64,000 nt of DNA from a virus, in IMG/VR virus record IMGVR_UViG_3300045007_000250, positions 22,921 through 86,920 of that record, one strand, 5' to 3'. Position 1 is the first letter of the stretch; every line of letters starts with the position of its first letter. This document shows, one piece after another, positions 26,146 through 34,232 of this stretch. Position numbers and translations under genes: made by a program. The notes beneath the pieces were generated by a model. That model saw only the letters and a list, made by a program, of their open reading frames with translations, was not told where the DNA came from and searched no databases.

Positions 26146-26949
26146 ATGTTGCTTCAAGAAGGATCGCGTGGACCCGAAGTGGCGGAGATGCAGGGCATTC
26201 TCTTGGCGCATGGTTTCGGTGTCGGGCGCATGGTCGTCAACGGTGTCCTGGACGACCCAACGATGGATGCTCTGCTTTACTTTCAACAGACGCATTTGAA
26301 CTCCGAGGGGCGTTTTCTTGAGCCGGACGGGAAGGTGCTGGTGGGCGGCACCGAGACGTGGTGGGCGCTTTACAATGCTTCCGGTGATGCGCAGCGCAAT
26401 TATTTCGACCCGTTCATTCCCGAAGGAGTCTCCGGCATGGCGCGGGCCATTCTGGAAGTCGCGTTGGCGGAACATGCCAAGGGCGTCCGCGAAGAGCCGG
26501 ATGGGTCGAATTGGGGGCCGGAGATTTCCAAATACGGCGGTCAACCAGGCTGGCCGTGGTGCTGTCTTTTCACAAGTTGGTGCGAGATGATCGCCTATGG
26601 TGCGTATCCCTTGGGGGCCAAGTACGCGCTTTGCGCGGCGGCGTGGAAACGGGCGAAGGAGATGGGGCGGACGTTTACCGCCGTGCGGGGCCAACTCCGT
26701 CCGGGACAGCAATTTATGATCCTGCGCGGGGATGGCACCGGGCATACCGGCTTCATCGCCGCGGTATCGGCGGACGAAACCGTGGTGAACACGGTGGAAG
26801 GCAACTGTGGCAATCGCGTGAAAGTCGGCCAGCGTCCTGTGTCTCAGTTCGCCGGGGTGATTGACTTCTTCGATCTTCCCCTGAACTCCATGTGGTTCGA
26901 GCGAGGTCTTTTTTCCGCGAAACCCGTGGGGCAGGACGGCACAAGATGA
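26146..26949 (+). CDS. Endolysin: peptidoglycan-binding domain plus CHAP amidase
   Basis: L.EGSRGPEV..Q..L..G..G..T..A...FQ...L..DG.V domain; CHAP motifs WPWCCLF, GHTGFI and EGN. Confidence 0.9.
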   Translation: MLLQEGSRGPEVAEMQGILLAHGFGVGRMVVNGVLDDPTMDALLYFQQTHLNSEGRFLEPDGKVLVGGTETWWALYNASGDAQRNYFDPFIPEGVSGMARAILEVALAEHAKGVREEPDGSNWGPEISKYGGQPGWPWCCLFTSWCEMIAYGAYPLGAKYALCAAAWKRAKEMGRTFTAVRGQLRPGQQFMILRGDGTGHTGFIAAVSADETVVNTVEGNCGNRVKVGQRPVSQFAGVIDFFDLPLNSMWFERGLFSAKPVGQDGTR

Positions 26950-27143
26950 GAAAGCGCCTGCTTTTTCTGGCGTGGTGGTTTGAGACGGTGTACCCCGTAT
27001 TACAGAAGCCGGATGGTACTCCGATTCTGAATCAGCATGGTACGTCGGTTCAAGACGATTTGCGACGGTGGGCGCGCTCTCTTTGGTGGAAACGCCTTTT
27101 TCTTTTCGGGGCCGGGGTTGTCCTGGGGTTGCTGATTGAGTGA
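26946..27143 (+). CDS. Small membrane protein
   Basis: ATGA overlap with the endolysin; C-terminal hydrophobic segment. Confidence 0.5.
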   Translation: MRKRLLFLAWWFETVYPVLQKPDGTPILNQHGTSVQDDLRRWARSLWWKRLFLFGAGVVLGLLIE

Positions 27144-27492
27144 TCCGAAGTATCAGTTTCACCAGAAACAGACCGCGTGGGCATTGAACATTTCCACGTC
27201 TCGTTTGACTTTCTTGCGTCGTGTCGGGAAGTTTCCTGCCACCGGTCGGGATGGGACGGGTTTTTTGTGGTCCGCCGCGGCGATTATGGAGTGGGCGGGC
27301 CGAAAGAAGGGTGAACAGGCGGACGCTTACCGTAGTATGGTGTCCGAGCGATTGCGGGCTTTGATGTATGATGGCAAAACGTCGGCGTCTCTACACGCAC
27401 CGGGGGGACGCCCCAAGAGAGAGGAAGAAACAAATGCTGCTGACGGGTACGGAGATTCGCAAGGCGATGGAGGAAGGGCGGATCATCGTTGA
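27136..27492 (+). CDS. HTH DNA-binding protein (excisionase/MerR-like)
   Basis: TAWALNISTSRL..RRVGKFP...W....IMEW. Confidence 0.55.
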   Translation: MSDPKYQFHQKQTAWALNISTSRLTFLRRVGKFPATGRDGTGFLWSAAAIMEWAGRKKGEQADAYRSMVSERLRALMYDGKTSASLHAPGGRPKREEETNAADGYGDSQGDGGRADHR

Positions 27493-28099
27493 TCCTCTCA
27501 CCCCGGAGCATGTTGGGCCAAACTCGGTGGACTTGACGTTGGCCGACGTGCTAATTCTCTATGAGCTTGCGCTGGATGACGGGATCATTCGACAGCAGGC
27601 GACCCCGGATGGGAAGCAGTTGGTGTTGCCGATTTTCTTGGACACGGCCAATGCGCAACACCCATCCTTGTCCTTGAAAATTCCTGAATCCGGTCTCCTA
27701 CTTCGCCCCGGCAAATTCTACTTGGCGGCGTGCCGGGAGAGGGTGCAGGCGGATGAGTACGTGGCGGAGATTCAGTCGCGCTCTTCCGTTACCCGTCTTG
27801 GCTTGATTGTTCATGGCGGGGTGGGGGAGATGGGCGCGACGGGAACGTGGACCTTTGGGCTTCAACCGTTGGTGCCCGTGTACGTTCGCCCTGGTTTGCG
27901 TATCTGCAAAATGGTGTTTCACAAGGCGGAAGCCGGTGGGACGCTCTATCGGGGCAAGTACCTCAATGAAACTGGTGTGGGCGCTTCCAAGATCGGTTTG
28001 GACGTGAAAAAGCGTCCCCCTTTGGAAGTTGTGTCGCCCGCCCCGGAGTCTGGCAGTTCCGAACCGGCGAAGCGGAAGGAGGCGGAAAAAAATTCTTGA
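27434..28099 (+). CDS. dcd: dCTP deaminase/dUTPase-family protein with divergent active site
   Basis: MLLTG.EI, PNSVDLTL, SRSS..RLGL, GLRIC.M.F and YRGKY. Confidence 0.8.
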   Translation: MLLTGTEIRKAMEEGRIIVDPLTPEHVGPNSVDLTLADVLILYELALDDGIIRQQATPDGKQLVLPIFLDTANAQHPSLSLKIPESGLLLRPGKFYLAACRERVQADEYVAEIQSRSSVTRLGLIVHGGVGEMGATGTWTFGLQPLVPVYVRPGLRICKMVFHKAEAGGTLYRGKYLNETGVGASKIGLDVKKRPPLEVVSPAPESGSSEPAKRKEAEKNS

Positions 28100-28124
28100 C
28101 AAGCCCTTCATGGCGTGTTAGATT
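28096..28124 (+). promoter_or_regulatory. sigma70-type promoter, GGCGTGT class
   Basis: TTGACA-AGCCCTTCATGGCGTGT-TAGATT. Confidence 0.85.
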
Positions 28125-28165
28125 TGGGGCATGGTAAGGACTAACCACGAAAGGAGACCTTGACC

Positions 28166-28846
28166 ATGCCAAAGAAGCCGAAGAAAACCGGAGCGAATTT
28201 GTCGCCGGAACCGAAGCCGATGCTGCCCGTTGGCAAAGCGGCCTCGAAAGCCGCTGCAACGGGGCCGCAAGAGCCGGGGGAGAACGTGCCCTTGTCGCAG
28301 GACGCCGCCACCATCTTTGAGGCGTTGCAGACCGTCGTGGGAGACGTGAAAGCCGGAGCCGTGACCACGGATGAAATTCCGATTTTCGACGCCTTCCGGC
28401 AGGGCTTGGACAAAGCCAGTGACGCCTTGAAGGAAGCGATGCGACCGGCTGCAATCGAAGCGGCCAAGGGTGCGGAAGGCACGTACCGGTGTGAAACGGG
28501 GCAGATCACGTACACCTTCATCCCCGGCAAAGAGACGGTGGAGTACACCGAAGAGACCGTGGCCTACTTGGAGCGTATCGGTTCCTTGGAAGAGGCGGTG
28601 AATCTCACTGCGACTTTGAAGCCGGGTGTGGACGTGAAATCCATGTCCGAAGACGACCTGAAAGTGCTCCAAAGGTTCTTCATCATTGAGCATGAAGTGG
28701 CGCAGGACAAGCTCGCGGCCCTCTTCACGTTGGGCAAGGCGGACCCCGCCGAAGTCGAAAAGACGGTGGTTCGCACCCCCGGCAAAGCGACGGAGCGCGT
28801 GACCATCACGCCCAAACCGGAGATCAAAAAGGCGTTCACGCTCTGA
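28166..28846 (+). CDS. Hypothetical protein
   Basis: AAGGAG RBS and its own promoter. Confidence 0.75.
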   Translation: MPKKPKKTGANLSPEPKPMLPVGKAASKAAATGPQEPGENVPLSQDAATIFEALQTVVGDVKAGAVTTDEIPIFDAFRQGLDKASDALKEAMRPAAIEAAKGAEGTYRCETGQITYTFIPGKETVEYTEETVAYLERIGSLEEAVNLTATLKPGVDVKSMSEDDLKVLQRFFIIEHEVAQDKLAALFTLGKADPAEVEKTVVRTPGKATERVTITPKPEIKKAFTL

Positions 28847-28943
28847 TTCTCGGCGCGTTGGAAGCGGTTTTGGTCTTGCTCTAGCACGCGGAAGAGGCTA
28901 CCATGTTCGGTAGTCTTTTCCGCGTTGCATTCAGGGGTTGACG

Positions 28944-30914
28944 ATGTTGCCGATTACGCCTTTCCAGCTTACCGACACATTTCTTGAGCAATACAAACAC
29001 AAGCCCCCGGCGTGGGGTTACGGAGTAGTTGGATGGCTCACCTTTCTTCGCACATACGCCCGTCCAAAAGAGGGTGGTGGTGTGGAAGACTGGTGGGAGA
29101 CCGTAAAGCGCGTGGTGGAGGGGTGTTACGCGGTCCAACGGTATCACTGCGACTTGCATAAACTTCCGTGGAATGGGCAGAAAGCGCAGCATTCAGCGCA
29201 GATCATGTACGACCTGATTTTTCACTTCAAATTCCTTCCGCCGGGCCGTGGGTTGTGGGCGATGGGCACTGACTATGTGTGGACCCGTGGTGCGGCTTCC
29301 CTCAATAATTGTTCTTTCTATTCCACGAGGGATATTCGACAGGACTTTGCCGCGCCTTTCCTCTTTTTGATGGACATGAGTATGGTCGGTGTGGGTGTTG
29401 GTCTGGACACCCGTGGTGCAGGCACTTGCACTATCAAGCACCCGCCCGGTCAGTCGTCCAATCCTTTCGTGGTGGAAGATTCGCGGGAAGGGTGGGTGGC
29501 GTCGGTCAAAGTTCTTTTGGATGCCTTCTCCGGCAAGGGTCCATTGCCTAGCGGCTTTGATTACTCGCGGGTGAGACCGGCGGGGAGTCCATTGCGGGGT
29601 TTCGGTGGGGTGGCTTCTGGTCCCGGTCCTTTGGAGGAGTGCCACGATGCTCTGCTTGGTCTTTTTACAGATCACATTGAGAGGCCGGTGACTTCCCGGA
29701 TCATCGTGGACATGGCCAACATTCTCGGTCGGTGCGTGGTGGCCGGGGGCATTCGTCGGACGGCGGAGAACATCTTGGGCGCTCCCGATGACGCCGAATT
29801 TTTGGACTTGAAAAATCCGTCTCTGCATCCCAAGGAGTTGCGGGAGTGGCGGTGGGCAAGCAACAATTCCGTGCTGGCGGAAGTCGGCATGGATTACTCT
29901 CCGTTTGTGGATCGCGTGATGGCGAACGGGGAGCCGGGTTTTTTCTGGTTGGACAACGCACAGCACTACCGCAGGATGGCCGATCCCCGCGGGGATTGGG
30001 ACACTTTTGCTCTTGGGTGTAATCCGTGTTTTGAGCAGACGTTGGAATCAGGTGAATTATGCAATTTGGTTGAGACCTTTCCCGCGCACCATGCTTCTTA
30101 CGAGGAGTACCAACGCACCCTCAAGTTCGCCTACCTTTTTGCCAAGGTGGTCTCTCTGATTCCCACGCATAACTCCAACTCCAACGCGATTATCGGTCGG
30201 AACAGGCGTGTGGGTACGTCCATGAGCGGCATCACGCAGGCGATTCACAAATTCGGCTTCCGGCAGTTCATGGAGATGTGCAATCGCGGTTACAACTATC
30301 TGCGGCATCTGGACAAGATTTACTCGCGGTGGCTTTGTATCCCCGAATCCATCAAGCTCACGTCGGTCAAACCGTCCGGCACCGTCTCGTTATTGGCTGG
30401 GGCCACTCCCGGTATTCACTTTCCCAAGGCACAGTTCTACGTTCGCAACATTCGGTTTGATCCGTTGTCACCCCTTTTGGAAGTCTTGGCCAAGGCGGGG
30501 TATTCAACGGAGTCTTCGGTGGCGAAGGATGGTACGGTGGTTGTATCGTTCCCTGTGGAACAGCCGCACTTTTTGAAGTCAGAGGGGAACGTCTCCTTGT
30601 GGGAGCAGATGGAATTGGCCGCGCAGATGCAGCATTGTTGGGCGGACAATCAGGTGTCTATCACCGTTGCTGTGCGTGATCGTGATGCGGCAGACCTGCC
30701 TCGGTGTCTTTCCATGTACGATACTCGTTTGAAGAGCGTGAGCTTCATTCCAGAGGGGAAGAAGCACGGCTTCAAGCAGGCTCCATACATTCCGATTACG
30801 GAAGACGAATACAAGGAGATGAGGGCGAAGATCAAACCCCTCAAGGGGATGGCCGGAGCCGCGGCCCATGAGGTCACGGAAAAGGGTTGTGATGGCGAAA
30901 CCTGCACAATCTGA
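28944..30914 (+). CDS. nrdJ: Class II (adenosylcobalamin-dependent) ribonucleotide reductase, monomeric RTPR type
   Basis: FLPPGRGLW, LNNC, NPCFEQ, LCNL, VKPSGTVS and C-terminal CDGETC redox pair. Confidence 0.93.
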   Translation: MLPITPFQLTDTFLEQYKHKPPAWGYGVVGWLTFLRTYARPKEGGGVEDWWETVKRVVEGCYAVQRYHCDLHKLPWNGQKAQHSAQIMYDLIFHFKFLPPGRGLWAMGTDYVWTRGAASLNNCSFYSTRDIRQDFAAPFLFLMDMSMVGVGVGLDTRGAGTCTIKHPPGQSSNPFVVEDSREGWVASVKVLLDAFSGKGPLPSGFDYSRVRPAGSPLRGFGGVASGPGPLEECHDALLGLFTDHIERPVTSRIIVDMANILGRCVVAGGIRRTAENILGAPDDAEFLDLKNPSLHPKELREWRWASNNSVLAEVGMDYSPFVDRVMANGEPGFFWLDNAQHYRRMADPRGDWDTFALGCNPCFEQTLESGELCNLVETFPAHHASYEEYQRTLKFAYLFAKVVSLIPTHNSNSNAIIGRNRRVGTSMSGITQAIHKFGFRQFMEMCNRGYNYLRHLDKIYSRWLCIPESIKLTSVKPSGTVSLLAGATPGIHFPKAQFYVRNIRFDPLSPLLEVLAKAGYSTESSVAKDGTVVVSFPVEQPHFLKSEGNVSLWEQMELAAQMQHCWADNQVSITVAVRDRDAADLPRCLSMYDTRLKSVSFIPEGKKHGFKQAPYIPITEDEYKEMRAKIKPLKGMAGAAAHEVTEKGCDGETCTI

Positions 30915-31116
30915 AAGAAGGCGATTGCAAAGTTGTCGAAATTGCCGCACAGTATGTGTGGTAAGGGATTCGTCCGGGCTTTGTGACTTGTGCCGCGGAG
31001 TGCCCGTTGCTTCCACGGTTCGCAAGGTGGGTTTCGACAATGAAAGTGTGGTGACACGCACCTTGTTTGGTGGGAGAGAAGATGCCCGAAGAAAAGTCAA
31101 ACAAAGATTCCGCTAG
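30892..31116 (+). CDS. Possible small zinc-finger protein
   Basis: CRNC..CDLC; overlaps both neighbours. Confidence 0.35.
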   Translation: MAKPAQSERRRLQSCRNCRTVCVVRDSSGLCDLCRGVPVASTVRKVGFDNESVVTRTLFGGREDARRKVKQRFR

Positions 31117-33907
31117 GCCGGGGTATTTTGAGGCTCTTGTTGCCGATTCCGAGCTAACCATTGTCAAGGTTTTCGGTGGCGAGAGTGACGTGGGTTTACC
31201 CGGAGCCGCGAAGTCTCAACAGCTTCCGCCTAACTACTTTGAGCAGGACATTCGTGCGGGGAAGGTTATTGCTCCGCTCTATGATCCGCTGGTGTGGGCT
31301 TTCCTTCTTGAGCAGAGTACCCGCCTCGCCACGCTGGTTCGCAGCATGGCGAACAACACCGTGGGGTTGGGATGGGAGCTTGTGCCGGTCAAGGAAGAGG
31401 AGACGTGGCTTGAACAGAACAAGGATGCAATCGCGGCGGAGAAAGAGAACGTCACCGGTCTCTTTGAGGCTCCCAATCCTGAGTTGCCTTTCTGTGAAAC
31501 TCTAAAGTGCGTCAAGATTGATGAGGAAGCGACCGGCGGCGGTTGGCTTGAAGTGTTGCCCACCGTGAGCGATCCTCACGCCATTGCCGGTTTTGACCAC
31601 ATCCCGTCCTATACGATGCGCGTTGCCAAAGAAGGCGACAAATACGTGCAAATGCGTCCTTCCGACACGTCCAAGCGCGTGTATTTCAAGCCGTATGGGG
31701 AACGGCGTGACTTGAATTGCGAAACCGGCGAGTGGGGGACGGACAAGATTCCGGTGCCGAAGGACAAGCTGGCGCATGAGGTTCTTTACTGGAAGCTCTA
31801 CTCTCCGCGGTCTTCTTTTTACGGTGTCCCGCGTGCTGTTGCCACCGCACCGGCGATTGCCGGAACACGCTTGGCGCACCGGCGGAACGTCAATTTTTTC
31901 GAGAATGATGCATGTCAGCCAAAAAGTGCAATGATTCTCACACCTTACGGGTGGTCCACGATGGGGGAGATGTGCGTTGGCGCTCTTGTCATCGGTTCTG
32001 ATGGCAAGGCTCATGCGGTTACGGGGGTCTTCCCACAGGCCGGTGAGCGGGATGTGTACCGGGTGCATTTCTTCGGCGGTGCTTCAACGGAATGCTCTTT
32101 GGATCACGTTTGGACCGTGACCAACGCTTATGATCGGAAGCGGGGTGTGATGCGAAAGATGACCCTAGAGGATATTCTCAAAGACGGTTTATTCTACGAG
32201 TGCGGTACGGCGAAGTGGGCCGTGCCGATGCTGGACCCCGTGGAGTATGCGCCGGTGGAATCTCTCTCCGTGGACCCCTATTTGCTTGGGTATCTTTTGG
32301 GTAATGGGTGCTTGCGTGGCGGTGGGGTATCCATTTCTTGCAATGCTACCGACACGGATTTTGTGGAGAGCATGTTTAAGAGTACCACGGGACTTCCCGT
32401 TTCTCGGTCGGATATGAAAGGTTGGTCCACGCTGCGATCTTGTGGTGGTCGTAATAATTCCATCCGTGAGGCGTTGAAAGTCTTGGGTGTTTACGGTCTT
32501 TTGGGAAAGGAGAAATTCATTCCTGAGAGCTACTTGCGGGCGTCTGTGGCGGATCGTACTGCTCTTCTTCAAGGTTTGATTGATTCGGATGGGCATGTGG
32601 GGGATACTTTTGTCCGCTTTACGACGGCCTCGCGCCGCTTGGCGGAGGGCGTGCAGGATTTGGTGGGTTCCTTGGGGGGTGCTACGACGTTTGCTCCTTG
32701 TAAGGGGCGCTCCACCATGAATGTCACCATTCGGCAGTTGCCGGAAGAGATTGTGCCGGTGCGTTTGCCTCGAAAGGCTGCGGCCTATTCAATGTTGTCG
32801 GTGACACGGGTTCGCACCATGATAGGTGCAGAGTTTGTCCGAAAAGAAGCGGTACAGTGTATTCGCGTGGACACGCCGGATTCGCTTTACGTCACGGATA
32901 ATTTCATTCTTACGCACAATACGCCCCGGTTGGCCGTGGTCGTGAACGGCGGGGAGCTTTCGTCCGAGAGCCTTGAGATGATTCGGGACTTTGCGGAAGT
33001 TCGTGGGAAGGGTGTGGCGAATGCCGGGCGTGTCATGGTGTTGCAGGCGCGTGCCGCGGATAACATCACGCAGAACACGGATCAGTTGAAGATTCAGTTG
33101 GTGCCTTTGACAGTTGGTGTGCAGGATGACGCCTCGTTTGCCAAATACATCGCCATGAACAATGAAGAGATCAGGGAAGCCTTCGGTATCGGGCAGATTT
33201 TCATTGGTACGTCGGACAACGTGAACCGGGCCGTGGCTCTGGCAATGAAGCAGTTGACCGTGGAGCAGGTCTTTGAGCCGGAAGCCGTGCGGTACGAGTA
33301 CAAATTCAACCTCATCTTGCGTGATCGTTTCGGTGTGAAGCACATCCGGTTGAAGTTCAAGCGGCCTCGTACCACGGATTTGCAGGCGGAGGCACAGGCA
33401 TTCTCCATGTTGGCCGCGGCTGGCGGAGTTACGCCCAACGACATTCGTGACTTCCTTGGAAAGCCGCGGTTTGAGGGCGCGTGGGCCAACACTCCCATCG
33501 CCATTCTTCGTTCCGGCATGATGGAGAAACGTGGTGAAGCGGATGCGACTCTTTGGACGCATTACGGGGACAAGCTGCCGTCTATGCGTCTTACGGATGA
33601 ACAGGCTGATTTGGCCGAGGCTCAAGCGGGGACGGCGAAGCAGCAAGGAGAGACGCAAAAGATAATGGTACCGATGCAGCAAGAGGGTCTGAAAGCGCAG
33701 TTGGAAGTGACCAAAGCGCAGGCTGCGAAGCTCTTGCAGGAAGCCAGAACAGGCGGGCAGGCTCCGACTCCGACGCAGATTCAGGCTGCGGCGAAGGAGT
33801 TTTGGGATGATGACTACCTCGCGCTCATGGAGCAGGTGCAATCGCTTGCAGACAAGCTCGCTGGACTCGGCATGGCGGTGGAAGTTCGTCCGGTGGTGGA
33901 GATATGA
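31082..33907 (+). CDS. Portal protein containing an intein
   Basis: SPRSSFYGVP, NFFEN.A|TPRLAVVV and TPNDIRDFLG; lies upstream of protease and capsid genes. Confidence 0.9.
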   Translation: MPEEKSNKDSARPGYFEALVADSELTIVKVFGGESDVGLPGAAKSQQLPPNYFEQDIRAGKVIAPLYDPLVWAFLLEQSTRLATLVRSMANNTVGLGWELVPVKEEETWLEQNKDAIAAEKENVTGLFEAPNPELPFCETLKCVKIDEEATGGGWLEVLPTVSDPHAIAGFDHIPSYTMRVAKEGDKYVQMRPSDTSKRVYFKPYGERRDLNCETGEWGTDKIPVPKDKLAHEVLYWKLYSPRSSFYGVPRAVATAPAIAGTRLAHRRNVNFFENDACQPKSAMILTPYGWSTMGEMCVGALVIGSDGKAHAVTGVFPQAGERDVYRVHFFGGASTECSLDHVWTVTNAYDRKRGVMRKMTLEDILKDGLFYECGTAKWAVPMLDPVEYAPVESLSVDPYLLGYLLGNGCLRGGGVSISCNATDTDFVESMFKSTTGLPVSRSDMKGWSTLRSCGGRNNSIREALKVLGVYGLLGKEKFIPESYLRASVADRTALLQGLIDSDGHVGDTFVRFTTASRRLAEGVQDLVGSLGGATTFAPCKGRSTMNVTIRQLPEEIVPVRLPRKAAAYSMLSVTRVRTMIGAEFVRKEAVQCIRVDTPDSLYVTDNFILTHNTPRLAVVVNGGELSSESLEMIRDFAEVRGKGVANAGRVMVLQARAADNITQNTDQLKIQLVPLTVGVQDDASFAKYIAMNNEEIREAFGIGQIFIGTSDNVNRAVALAMKQLTVEQVFEPEAVRYEYKFNLILRDRFGVKHIRLKFKRPRTTDLQAEAQAFSMLAAAGGVTPNDIRDFLGKPRFEGAWANTPIAILRSGMMEKRGEADATLWTHYGDKLPSMRLTDEQADLAEAQAGTAKQQGETQKIMVPMQQEGLKAQLEVTKAQAAKLLQEARTGGQAPTPTQIQAAAKEFWDDDYLALMEQVQSLADKLAGLGMAVEVRPVVEI
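31913..32920 (+). mobile_element. Intein with LAGLIDADG homing endonuclease (336 aa)
   Basis: Starts CQPKSAMILTP; block B DHVW; LAGLIDADG-like LLGYLLGNG and LQGLIDSDG; ends ILTHN with +1 Thr. Confidence 0.93.
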
Positions 33908-33924
33908 TTGACAACGAAATAGAC

Positions 33925-33953
33925 TTGACACGTTTTCGTGTGTTCTGTATCAT
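33925..33953 (+). promoter_or_regulatory. Putative head-operon promoter lacking the GGCGTGT box
   Basis: TTGACA-17-TATCAT. Confidence 0.7.
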
Positions 33954-34006
33954 GGCTTCCGTAACGTGAGGATTATCGAAAGGTCTTCGTACAAGGAGTA
34001 GCGAAA

Positions 34007-34207
34007 ATGGCCGACAAGATCAAAGGCGCGACCCCGATTCCCGGCGTGGCTCTTTCCGGCGCGAAGGTGGCTGGTGTGGCTGACCACGATGCCGCCGCTG
34101 GCAAGGATTTGCAGACCGGCGCGGCGAATCCGACGCAGAAGGCGAAGGAGAACACGCCGAACCTGCAAAAGCTGAATCAGACTCGCAACGCGAACGCTGC
34201 CGACTAA
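34007..34207 (+). CDS. Small hypothetical protein
   Basis: AAGGAG RBS; first gene after the promoter. Confidence 0.65.
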   Translation: MADKIKGATPIPGVALSGAKVAGVADHDAAAGKDLQTGAANPTQKAKENTPNLQKLNQTRNANAAD

Positions 34208-34232
34208 TCCGTGCTCTTGAAGGGGTGCGTGG

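Noticed and set aside
28850-28940. Cobalamin riboswitch or tRNA upstream of nrdJ
   Set aside because: The gap is only ~95 nt with a single hairpin; no B12-box or cloverleaf is recognisable.
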